Shown here: piece by piece, positions 51,301 through 62,984 of the stretch
Position numbering within the stretch: the stretch's first letter is position 1
How the letters are laid out: each line of letters begins with the position of its first letter
Assembly: GCF_964213995.1 (NCBI RefSeq)
Contig: NW_027591003.1
Location: 1 to 64,000, forward strand
DNA: 64,000 nt
Origin: Mustelus asterias
Taxonomy: Eukaryota
Direction of reading: 5' to 3'
Program-made: the position numbers and the translations under genes
The notes under the pieces: generated by a model
Database searches by the model: none
What the model was told of the DNA's origin: nothing
Seen by the model: only the letters and a program-made list of their open reading frames with translations

Positions 51301-53251
51301 TACTTGGAAGGAATGCTGCGCCTGCACAGAAACAATGTAATAATCGGGCACAAAAATTGCCAAATAGCGTTTTATTGCCAATTATTCACCAAAACTCATA
51401 TTTAAGTGAATGCGAACTTCATCGGGGATATAACAATTAATGCAAAGTATCTTGTTGAACTGAGCGCTGCTGTGGAAACAGCATGTTATCAGTGAAATAG
51501 TTTCTGGAATTATCACAAAATATTTCCAGCCGAGAAACTTTTTTGGTCATGTTAATTGTATGCAAAGCACAGCAGAACTATTAAAGCCGATTAATGCGAA
51601 ATGATATGAATAGAAAATAATCTTTTGTGAATATGTAGTTATGTTACCGATTAATAACAGTTTGATTTATATTAATTTTACTGTCAAACTTGTTAATGAG
51701 AAGTTTGTTTTTGCAGCAACTACTTAGTGTCCGATTGAACGTTGTAAGACATGATTTATTTTAATTTCTAAGAGTTAGTTAAAATTTATAAAAATGCTGT
51801 AATACCTTTATTTTATTTCTTTCACAACCTGCTTATTTTCTTCCTACAAGGATTTTCAAACTCATAGATTATTTGCATTTAACCAGAAAACGTGTAACCG
51901 CTCAGTGCCACCGAGTTTAAACAATGCAGAAACACCAAAACATTTCACACATTTTAAACATTCTTAGTGACCTAACAACAGAACCTCCTCAACAGAAACA
52001 CACCAAAACACATCAATGAGGGAATGAATCCGTTTCACGGGGACGCAACTCAATTATCCATTCAACAAAATCAAAAATATGATTGCAAGGAAATCTCAAT
52101 ATTCAATCCGGTAAACCAGCTCGTCACCAAATATATGAATGATTGAACTAAACAGAAATTTGGAATAAGAGCAATAGCATTGCGAGGAGGTGGAATATGT
52201 CCAACAAATTAATATTGAAATTTTACCACATTCTATTCATATTGGGTCATATTTCAAACAGATTTCAAACATATTTAAATATTGGGTGGGTAAAAGCTGC
52301 AGCCGTCAGATGCCACCGAGGTTAAACATGGCATGTATCCCAAATTGTGAATGCAGTGGCAAACTATGTTTTGGACGAGTGGCATAAACCGTGGTTTGGT
52401 TTAACCTGCACTTATCAGCTCCGATTTAAAAAAAATACAAATACAATAAAGCCTGCCTGATTTCTGTCTGCAGGCACACGTCAAGTAGTTTAAAACCCGC
52501 AGACTGTTTGTATTCAATCACAAAATGTGTAACAGCTCAGTGTCACCGAGTGTAAACAATGCAGAATCTCCGAACCATTTCACAAATTTTACTTATTCAA
52601 AGTCACCCAGACAGACAACCTCCTCACCAGAAACACGCAGCACTGAGGGACTGAACCCCGGTTCATGCAGAAGCAGCTCAATTCTACAAACAGTTGCAAC
52701 AGAATCAAATTTCACATTGGCAGAAAATCTCAATTTAAAATCCAGCCAACCTGACCATCACCAAAGCAACTAATGATTAAAATGAGCACAACAATGACAT
52801 AACAAAACCAGATTGTGATTAAGCGGAACATGTTCGCAACATTAAAGCAGAAACTTTAACACATTTTGTTAATATTGGGTTAGATTTTAAACACTTGTGC
52901 AGTAGATGGTGCAACTCGCAGCCACTAGATGTCACCGAGATTAAACATTGAAGAAACGCCGAACTGTTTAACAAAAGGAAGGCATTTATAGTAACCCAGC
53001 CACACAATGTCCTCAGCAGATAAACACCAAATCACAACAAGAGACTGAATCACTCAGTATCATCTTTTGTCAATTAACAGTAGAATTCTATAACCCCCAT
53101 TTTAAGCAGGATCACATGAAACATTGAAAAGATTTTCAGCACAGAATCCACCAAACCACATTACATTGAACGAATGAATTAATAAAATCGAGAAAAAGTA
53201 TAAAACAAAAACTCAAATAAAACACTGACTATTTAAAGGCATGGTTCTTAC

Positions 53252-53301
53252 CTGCAGTCACCGTCACCATGGTCCCTTGTCCCCAGTAGCCCCCCAGTTA
53301 T
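53252..53301 (-). CDS. IGHJ: Germline-joined D2-JH segment of an Ig heavy-chain cluster
   Basis: ATAACTGGGGGG-C TAC TGG GGA CAA GGG ACC ATG GTG ACG GTG ACT GCA G|GTAAG = YWGQGTMVTVTA with a phase-1 donor; preceded by a 12-RSS. Confidence 0.9.
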
Positions 53302-53329
53302 CACAGTGAGACACAGCATGACAAATACT
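53302..53329 (-). other. 12-RSS 5' of D2-J
   Basis: Plus strand CACAGTG (53302-53308), 12-bp spacer, ACAAATACT (53321-53329). Confidence 0.92.
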
Positions 53330-53629
53330 GTGCCCGACTGCTAACTGTTTAATTTCACTGCTGTCTCAAAAATCTGATTCTGCCTCATCCACGAGCGAAT
53401 GAGTGAGATATTTCAGCTTGTCCTGGTCATTGTATTTATAAAGGGGATCGGAATGCTTTTAAACTCTCTGTGTAGATTTAGCATATCGGTAAATATAGAT
53501 TTTATGGGAAGATTTTTATACCTTTTCACAAACTAATATTACTTCCACACATTATTTCACTGAAGCCGCGTTTACTTTGAAAATCCTGCCGTGATACTGA
53601 TTACCAATTTGAGCAATCTCTTTCCATGA

Positions 53630-53712
53630 GGTTTTTGTATGAGGATGTCGCTGTGCTCAGCACTGTGACCCCCCACTGCTGTATCACAGTGACAGACACT
53701 CGCACAAAAACT
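53630..53712 (-). other. IGHD: IgH D1 segment (coding 53668-53684, ATACAGCAGTGGGGGGT) with 5' 12-RSS and 3' 22-RSS
   Basis: Plus strand GGTTTTTGT-22-CACTGTG-[17 nt]-CACAGTG-12-ACAAAAACT; open in all three frames. Confidence 0.95.
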
Positions 53713-54083
53713 GCACTCACTCTCTGTTCAGTACTGCCGCTCAATATGTACTTCAAATAGACCATTATTTCGATGTAATTTACAATTTATGCAGCAGTTT
53801 ACAAAACACAATCTAGAAACACCTCCTCCAAGTCTCAGAAATAATAAAGCGAGAGTTATATCCAGGTGTGTAATTGCAGAAACTGTTAACACTAAATATA
53901 AACAGAGTGAAAAGCTCAGCCCGTTATGTCTGTGTGTTTTCTTGGTTTAATGTTTAATTTTCACTAAGTTAGGTTTGTCAGAAGCAGTTTGTGTTTTGGT
54001 TCTGGTCACTGTCGTTAATACTACATTTAAAACAAGCACTGACCTTCAGGTTATGATGGAAGTTGTTGAATTCCCTCTCGAGC

Positions 54084-54122
54084 TGTTCTTGTCCGGGTCC
54101 AACCCTGGTTCCTCTCGCTGTG
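54084..54122 (-). other. 23-RSS of VH
   Basis: Minus strand CACAGCG, 23-bp spacer (54093-54115), ACAAGAACA. Confidence 0.92.
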
Positions 54123-54427
54123 GTCTCTTGCACAGTAATAGATGGCGGTGTCTTCGGTCTTCAGCCTCGTCATTTCCAAAGAGAAGATGTTGCTTGAAGT
54201 GTCTTTGGACGCACTAAATCGATCCTTAATTGCTGGGACGTAGTTGTTGCTAGATGAAGAGTAGTAGTAAAGCAACCACTCCAGCCCCTGTCCGGGAACC
54301 TGTCGGATCCAGTGCATGGAGTAGCTGCCAAGATCGAAGCCGCTGGTTTTACAGGTCAGTGTCAGGGAGCCTCCGGGACGCCCGGTCTCTGCCTCTGGCT
54401 GAGTCAACACAACCTCCGACTGGACAC
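54123..54427 (-). CDS. IGHV: Ig heavy-chain variable segment, shark IgM-type VH exon
   Basis: Acceptor TTTTTACAG|GT; (G)[51 protein letters not shown]...[11 protein letters not shown]; conserved Cys/Trp/YYC; no stops. Confidence 0.97.
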
Positions 54428-54551
54428 CTGTAAAAATAGATCAAAGGATTAATTTTGGTGACATGATTGCTGACTCTGGAACATTCCAGAGACAGACTAA
54501 CATTTTGATACAGTGACAATGAGGAATTGGACAATAAAAAATACGACTTAC

Positions 54552-54597
54552 CGGATAAGAAACTCAACAACAAACTGAGAGAAATCGCCGACCTCAT
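54552..54597 (-). CDS. IGHV: VH leader (signal peptide) exon
   Basis: MRSAISLSLLLSFLS+G, 46 nt, donor G|GTAAGT; 124-bp intron; phase matches the V exon. Confidence 0.95.
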
Positions 54598-54679
54598 CTT
54601 TCTGGTGATTTGGGGGAAATGGTTGTGTCAGGAACTCAGTGAACAAACCAGCTCCCGGACTGTTGGATTCCGGTCCCAG

Positions 54680-54730
54680 TGAGCGGCATTTAAATACCCG
54701 GCAGAAGGGGGCGGCTTTCCAGGCGCCGCC
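54680..54730 (-). promoter_or_regulatory. Probable VH core promoter (TATA-like plus GC box, no octamer nearby)
   Basis: TATTTAAAT ~90 bp upstream of the ATG (54688-54696), with GGGGGCGG immediately upstream. Confidence 0.5.
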
Positions 54731-55998
54731 TGTTGATTCCCTGCTGGAGGCGGCGACTGGATCCAGGTCCCACCTTCCACACCCCAACAGAATGGACTCC
54801 CAGATTTACAATAGGTTAATATTAAAATGGACATTTTATCAGCGTCGGGATATTTGTTTGGCTGAATATGTTCAATGTATTGTCTCCATAATTGCTGATG
54901 GTGATATTGCAGTTCATCATTTCTTTATTTAAAAATCTAATTCCATTGTAAATATGGTGTTTTTATTACCACGCCCCCAAGAAGAACACAAATCTAAAAA
55001 TGATTAAATAACATTTTGGGAAAATAAAGAGACCGTCAGTCTGTGTTGCAACAATTCCGGGTCTCTGTCACATTACAAAAATAAAGCATCATTTATCAGA
55101 AGAATTGTTGTCGATTTCTGTAACTGAATGCGGAGTATGAACAAAGTGATTCTATTTACAGTGCGGATGGCTATCACTGGACATTTTGGGTTTGGAGATG
55201 AGAAGAAACTCTCACACAATACAATGTTTCTCCTTATATTTGTCAAACTGCCCCAATCTCGAAGACAGCCCTTTGAAAATACTGAGAATCCCGCCCTCCT
55301 GATAATTAAATAGTGAGTTGACAGAGAATCATAAATTTAACATCGACTTTTGACAGAGAAGTTAATGAATGAACGGACACGGAGATCATTAAAGTTCTCC
55401 TTCAGCATCCAAATCATTGCAGCTCACTCTATTGGCCACCGGCTGTCGAACATTCTCTGGTATTGGGAACACAAGATATCAGGTCTTTGCTGCACATTGC
55501 ACAATATCACAAGAATAAATGTTTTATCTTCCATTGAATCAGGTTATGACCTGATCATTTCTCCGCTCATTGGCAGCTATGATTGGAACTCTTCAATAAT
55601 GGATATCTGATTATACTGTACAATAGAACACGGTGTAAATCAGGTACAAGAGACGCTGCTGTTTAAATAGGGTGCAAAACTTTCAGAATATTCCAGGAAT
55701 CCCTGTTGTTCATGTCAGTTTGATGATGTTCTTTTAATATTATTTCGATGCATTTTTGCCATTGCTCTGATCTCAATTGACTGGGGAATTGGAACCATCA
55801 ACATCTCTCTCGCATTTCATGAAGTGGTTAATAAACAGACTTTAATTATTGGAATGACATTTACTTGGAAGTTATACAAATGAAAAAACATCTGGTCACT
55901 TTACTGTTTTGCGATGCTATTTACTCACATAATGAACCGGACATTGAATGAAAATATTTGATTAGAATGATTACTATTTAAAATGTGTCTTTCTTGTG

Positions 55999-56652
55999 GG
56001 AATGACTTGGCGTTTATTGGTAGGAATGTCTTGGCGTTTATTGGTAGGGGGATTGAATTTAGGAGTCGTAGCGTTATGTTGCAACTGTACACAACTCTGG
56101 TGCGGCCGCACTTGGAGTACTGTGTGCAGTTCTGGTCCCCACATTACAGGAAGGATGTGGAGGCTTTGGAGAGGGTGCAGAGGAGGTTTACCAGGATGTT
56201 GCCTGGTATGGAGGGGAGATCCTATGAGGAGAGGCTGAGGGATTTGGGATTGTTTTCGCTGGAAAGGCGGCGGCTAAGAGGGGATCTTATTGAAACATAT
56301 AAGATGATTAGAGGTTTAGATAGGGTGGATAGTGATAGCCTTTTTCCTCTGATGGAGAAATCCAGCACGAGGGGGCATGGCTTTAAATTGAGGGGGGGTA
56401 GTTATAGAACCGATGTCAGGGGTAGGTTCTTTACCCAGAGGGTGGTGAGGGATTGGAATGCCCTGCCAGCATCAGTAGTAAATGCGCCTAGTTTGGGGGC
56501 GTTTAAGAGATCCGTAGATAGGTTCATGGACGAAAAGAAATTGGTTTAGGTTGGAGGGTCACAGTTTTTTTTTTTAACTGGTCGGTGCAACATCGTGGGC
56601 CGAAGGGCCTGTTCTGCGCTGTAATGTTCTATGTTCTATGTTCTATGTTCTA
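55999..56652 (+). mobile_element. Young 5'-truncated CR1 LINE
   Basis: Uninterrupted ORF2 C-terminus to 56549 (LYTTLVRPHLEYCVQFWSP...FFTQRVVRDWNALP); (TGTTCTA)n tail; ~24-bp tandem duplication at the 5' end. Confidence 0.92.
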
Positions 56653-58374
56653 TTTACTGTTCAAATGGCTGAATCCCATTTTGTCCATTCAGGTTCACGC
56701 TAATCTGTCCCACACAGTATTTGGCAGCAATCCAGCCTGCTGTCAAATGCTCAAAGTTATTGACAGGAAGCATCTGGGGGTGTTTGTGCAGTAGATCTGC
56801 TTCCTCAGTACTGACCGCTTGGCTGCAAGCCAACTTCAAACCCTTCACATTGTCAATGAGCCCTATTTATAAAGAAATCTACCCAGCAACAGTACTGGAG
56901 GCAATTTAATGTTTTAAGTTGTAAGTCTATATGGATTTTACCCATCTCTCAAGAAAGACAATTTATGCAGCTTCTCTGACACCCTGTTAGCAACAATGAT
57001 GATTTTTCCAGCACATCAGGATATTGTCATGGATGGATCGAAAGAATTACAGGCAGACTGAGAGATGACTCAGGGAGACGATACATGTTGTAATACATGA
57101 ACATGTATGTTTGTGTATTCTTTCCCTATCTCGTTCCATGAGATGTTTGAGTTGGTGGAACGACGAGCACATTATGCCTGTCCCAAATGCCCTTGAACTG
57201 AATGGTTTTCTATGCCACTTCTGAAGAGTCAGCCATTTTGTGTCCGTCTGGAGTCACATTCTTGTGAGTCCAGGTAGCGATGGCAGATTTCCCTCATTGG
57301 GGGATCAGAGAGGGTTCTATGGTCGCCATTAGAATGTATTCCATATTTATTAATTGAATTCAAATTCCACCAGCTGCAATGCTCCGATTTAAATCCCTGT
57401 CCCTGTCCCATCATTGTCCTGGGCCTCTGGGTCACTGGGCCAATTAAATTAATATTACGTCACCATCTGCGCAAACAATAAATGAATGACTGTCTTGATG
57501 CAGGAATTAATGACAGTTGAATGAATGATAGTTGGATGAATCGCAGTTGGATGCCTGAATATTTTGATTGAGGAATCAGTGAATGGATTGATGGATGTGT
57601 TGCGAGATGGCATTGAAAAATGCTGTTCTACATTCCCATATTTGTGCTTGATTATTTCATAAATTGAATCAGCTCCTTTATTCCATTTGTGTCAGTCTAA
57701 TACCTTCAACTCTTCCAGAGTCTCTGGGTGAAATCCATCCCGAGTTTATCGGGAGTTAGCAAGCTAATCCTCACGAAGAGAAGGACGAGATATTCCTGCC
57801 GCTCGGATGGTTCATTTCTCTGCTGATGCTGAATCTTCATATCCAAGATAAAAAGAGTGAACATGATTAGGTTGAGGAGGGAGGATTGTAATATTTGAAA
57901 CATGTGGTTCTTTGACGTACAGCAAATCACTCAACATGCCCTCACCTAAATTAGTGAAGGTAACAGGGTGAAAAGTAAATAAGGTACCAACAGAAATATT
58001 GTGAGACTCACTGGACAATAACAATTGTTACATTACTTCCCAAAACAGTGTAATACTGAATCGGGATTTAAAGATTCAGTAACTTCACATGAGGTACAGG
58101 TAGTTTCATTTATATCATCACTTTGAAAATCATCACACACTCTAGCTATGTATCAGGACATTCTGTGTGATGATGAGGTGATTACTTGTCAATGAAGAAC
58201 AGAGGCTGCTGGGTCGCTGTTCATTATGCACGGTCTGAATTAATTTCATTCCCCACTGAATTCTGGGACAGATTATATTCCTTGGTGACAAAAAGGCCAA
58301 CATGATGCCAATAAATGTTAATATCAATACATCCTACGAAGCAAATTACAATTGTATGTTGTATAGAATGAAAT

Positions 58375-58905
58375 ACTGAAAACAAACAGAAAATGCTGGA
58401 AAATCGCAGCAGGTCTGACAGCTTCTGTGGAGACAGAATGGAGCCAACGTTTCGTGTCTGGATGGCGCTTCGACAGAGTATTCCTGATGCGTTGGAGAGA
58501 TCATCATTGTTTCTAACAAGGTGTCAGAGAAGCTGCATCACTTTCCTGTGAGATGGGAATAGTTTAAGTAGTTACTGTTTAATGATATACACTATGTCGA
58601 CCCGCACACAAGTTACACCAATTCAGATATCGATCCCAAATATCATATTCAACTTCTCCATCCTAACTAACCTAATCAACGCCTCAATCACTAACTATAT
58701 TCTAAAAAAAACTTCCTAATCCCTATCCAACCGTATCATTTCCCAATTTCATCATCCACTTCAATTTCCTCCAAATAAAAATTGGTCATCCTGACTCAAA
58801 ATGTTGGCTCTATTCTCTCTCCCCAGATGCTGTCAGACCTGTTGAGATTTTCCAGAATTTATTGTTTTTGTTTCAGTTTCCAGAATCCGTAGTAGTTTGC
58901 TTTTA
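58375..58905. mobile_element. Two oppositely oriented Penelope-like end fragments (58375-58480 minus; 58785-58905 plus)
   Basis: Both read ...GTTGGCTC.ATTCT...CCAGA.GCTGTCAGACCTG.TG.GATTTTCCAG; the minus copy has a decayed hammerhead core (CTGTCGA...GAAACGTT). Confidence 0.6.
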
Positions 58906-59377
58906 TCAAAATGCTGAATATAATTGGTGAAATAATTGTTTATCTGTATGACTTGATGATAATTGATGAAGTGGAATAACCCCGCCTGGAAATACCGCCC
59001 CCCCCCCTCCCCAAGACACTCATCAACCCCACTTGAACATATATTACCATTCCTATACTGTCGCTGGGTCGGAATCCATGAGCACCCTCCCGAACAGCAC
59101 TATGGGAGTACCTACTCTGCAGGTTTTGCAGCGGTTCAACAAGGCAGGTCACCACCACTTTACTGAATGCAATTAGCAATGGGGAACAAATGCTGGCCAA
59201 GAAAGTGTCGCCCACCTCCCATAAAGGAATGTTAAATATACTAATCTTTATGAATGAATGAGAACTGGTGAATGCATTTTTAAAAATTGTGAATGGATGG
59301 TCGTTGGTGAAAATAATTACTATTCTTCTGAACATTTATGACATTCTCCTTATCTGCTGGAAGATTTAAGGTTTGAC

Positions 59378-59675
59378 GTTTATTTATTAATGTCACAAGT
59401 AGGCTTACATTAACACTTCAATGAAGTTACTGCGAAAATCCCCGAGTCGCCACGTTGCGGCGTCTGTTCGGGTACACCGAGGGAGAATTTAGCCTGGCCA
59501 GTGCACCCTACCTGCATGCATTTTCGGACTGTGGGAGGAGCACCCAGAGGAAATCCACGCATACACGGGAAGAATGTGCAGATACCGCACAGACACCGAC
59601 CCAAGCCGGGAACCAAACCTGTGGCCCTGGCACTGTGAGGCAACAGAGCTAACCACTGTGCCATCCTGGCACCCA
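59378..59675 (-). mobile_element. Diverged V-SINE with non-CR1 tail
   Basis: GTCACAAGTAGGCTTACATTAACAC tail; head AACCACTGTGCCA. Confidence 0.75.
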
Positions 59676-60239
59676 CCATTCCACAAGAGATGCATGATTC
59701 AAATTCATCACACTTTTTGCAAAGTAAGCCAATGGAAGAGACTGCTCCAGCTACAGACATATCTCAGTCATGGCATCACGGGAAAGATCTTTGCTAGGGT
59801 CACACTTGAAATACATCATCTACTTGCAGACCGGGTGTTCCTGATGTGCAGTGTAGTGATTGTGTTGGAAGATTTACTCCAGCCAACAACTTCTCCATGT
59901 TCCATATGTCCATATCTTTAACGTACTTTGGTCAATCTCGCTAAGACATTCAACACCGTCAGCACGGCAAGGACTATAGGATTTTGGTGATAACTGGCTC
60001 TACACCAAAATATCCATTCATGATACAAAAACGATAACAAACTATGACAAATGGTAGCTTAATGGGCAGCACTTGTGGCAGAACTCACCTTTCAAAAATT
60101 GTCCTCTTCAATCATCAGAAAAGGTGACATATGTAAAAGAAGCCAATCTGAATTGGATGTATTGTAAATGGAAGGATGCAAGTGATCATTTTGAAATTAA
60201 TTTCTGTCAAACATGATATATTTCACAAAACACACGCAA

Positions 60240-61210
60240 ACCAAGATGCCCAATTTTTGTTCCGCCAGGATCACTCGATTCCAGAAATGATTTAAAATGA
60301 GTCCAAATATAGACACAAATTTTAAATTAAAAGGTGAAGAGAGGTTGCGTGCCCTTGACATCGACGCAACATTTGACCGTTTGTCGCATCAAGGAGCCCG
60401 AGCGAAACTGCAGTTAATGGGAATCAGGGGGAAACAGTCCACTGGCTGGAACACAAAGGAAGATGGTTGTGGTTCTTAATGGTCAGTCCTCTCAGTCACA
60501 CGGCTTTGCAGGAACTCTTCAGGTTAGTGACAAAGCCCCAAGCTTCAGCCATCATCAAAGTTCATATGTGGGATGTTCACTGATGATTGAACAAAGTTCA
60601 GCACCAGTTCCGACTCCTCAGGTACTGACACAGTCTGTGTCCATATGAAGCAAGACTTAGAAAACATTCAGTCTTGGGCTATTGAGTGACAAGTAACATT
60701 AATGCCACACAAGTGGCAGGCAATGACCCTCTCCAGTAAGGGAGATTCCAACCATCTCCCCTTGACACTAAGTAGCATTACTAGCGCAGAATCCCTCACT
60801 ATCAACATCCTGGGCATTATACTTCGTGAAAATCTGAACTGGAACAGGCATTTAAATCATGTGGCTACAAGAGCAGGTCAGATGCCAGGAGTTCTTCGGC
60901 GAACAGCTCACCTCCTGAATTTCCAAACCCTATCCATCATCTACCAGGCAAAAGGCAGGAATATGAACAAAGAACAGTACAGCACATGAACAGGCCCTTC
61001 TGCCCACCAAGTCTGTTCCAACATAAATGATTGAATATTCTCTACTTGCCTAACTTGTGCCACTCAAAAAGCTCAATGCCATTCTGGAGAAAGTAGCTGT
61101 CTCGAAGAACACCCCACCCACCAGCTTCCCAAAGCTTGCCAACATATTCTCAAAGGAAATTATGATTTGGCAACAAATGTTGACTGTCAGTGACGTCAGA
61201 ATCCCATGAA
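60240..61210 (+). mobile_element. Old CR1/L2-group LINE RT remnant
   Basis: ALDIDATFDRLSHQG...KLQLMGIRGK and INILGII..NLNWNRH in broken frames. Confidence 0.7.
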
Positions 61211-62984
61211 GTAATGTTAAAAATCTCATATCTCTGCTTATATTCAACTCACCTCTGACTCTGTCCGGGTTACACTAGGTTCTGCCTGGATCACATTCCA
61301 GGAGGTCCTATCTACGTTTTTTTGCTGCACTCGGCTCAATATCAGCTGTTCATGTACAGGCCCTGTTAATATTATAATTTCTAAGTTACGGTTGCACTTA
61401 GCCATGTCTCTGCTAATCTGACAAGAGGCCGTGTCTTAATTCTTACTGCCTCAGAACATTTATCTCTGTGTACTAAACTGGAAATACTGTCTTCATGCAT
61501 TACCCATGGTTCTGTCACAGTTATTTTGCTAGTCGTTCATTAGATTTTAATAATCCAAGTCCTTTTTAAGTTAATGCTGCACCAGTCCATGTATTTGGTT
61601 ATTTAAGACTATGTCTTGTCTCAGTTTTATTGTACTTTGCAATACCTCCTAATTGCTGCATTGTCCGAATCTCAGTGTGCATCAGTCTAGTTCCTTTATC
61701 AACAACTACTACGAATGAAGTGGGCTCTGTCTAAGTTTATATCAGTCAAGGTACTATATCAGTAATTATCACTAACACACTGGACTTTGTTTCAGTTTAA
61801 ACCTGTCTCAGTCCTGTATCATAAATTATTACTAATGCACTTGGCTCCATCGCAGTTCATATAAATCTCGGTCCAGTATCATTAATTACTCGGCGCTGTC
61901 TCAGTTCATGTCGCATCAGCTCCTATATCAGTAAAACTGCGCTAGACACTGTCTCAGTTTTCTTTTCCTTGGCAATGTCATTTTTTAAAATGTTTCTTTC
62001 ATGCGATGTGGCTGTCATTGGAATTTGGCATTTGACCATCCCCACATGGCACTCGGCACTAACTCATTTCTATTTTGTTGGATCTGGCCCCTGTTTATAT
62101 TAAAACACAGTCTGGTTCTGTTAATACTCTGCTAGATCGAAATTCAGTTTATATTGCACGAGACATTCTCTCTGGATACGTAATATTTGATACCGACCCT
62201 GTATACATTTCACTCGACTGTGTCAGTGTTATTCCTGCACTTAACTATAGCTGTTTGAATTATGTCTGTATTACTACATGGTTCTGCGAGAAGAAGAGAT
62301 AATATGTTGGGATAAAAACATTGTTATCAGGCAGGATCCAGAAACGGGCAGTATTGGATCGACAGCATTTGGTTGGTGCAGTCTTGGAGGGCCGATAGGC
62401 CTTTCCCTGTGCGGTGATTTTCTTTGTTTTTTTGTTCTTTATTGACAACGCATGCTACACCGGGCTTGGTATCCATTTTCAATGCAGTCAGCAGAAGTAC
62501 ATTTCAGATATCGCTTCTTCTTTTCCCGTGCCCAAAAACTCATAAAGTTTGCAGAGAATTGTATTCCCCCAACCACTTCCCTCATTACTGGCATTGCCCA
62601 GTGCAGTTAAAAACTGAGACCATGTCCAATACAATATAAACGTGGACAGGGTCAATTGCAGAAATAAGACTGCATCTAGTTTAATGCAAATAGAGATAGG
62701 TCTATATTAATATAAACAGAGACAACGTCTCGCTTAATATGAACAGAAACATGGTAACGTATAATATAACGTATAACAGCGTCTAATTTAGTATAAACAG
62801 ATACAACATCCAGTTTCATATGAGTAGAGACAGGCAATATAATATTGTACGTGCAATATAAAAATAGTTAGGGTCCAGTGAAAAATCAACAAAGGCATGG
62901 CTTCATAATATAAGCTGACAGAGGGTAAATTTACTGTAATATAAAGAGACTGGTTCAACCCCATGAAATTTGTAGAGACGGCCG

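Noticed and set aside
53649-53655. Second heptamer (CACAGCG, minus) inside the D1 22-bp spacer as a dual 12/22 RSS
   Set aside because: Only 10 bp from the nonamer, outside the usual 12+/-1 tolerance.
54123-54427. IgNAR, light-chain or TCR V identity
   Set aside because: Full FR2 ([12 protein letters not shown]), CDR2, YYCAR and a WGQG J indicate a conventional VH; isotype is inferred from V sequence only.
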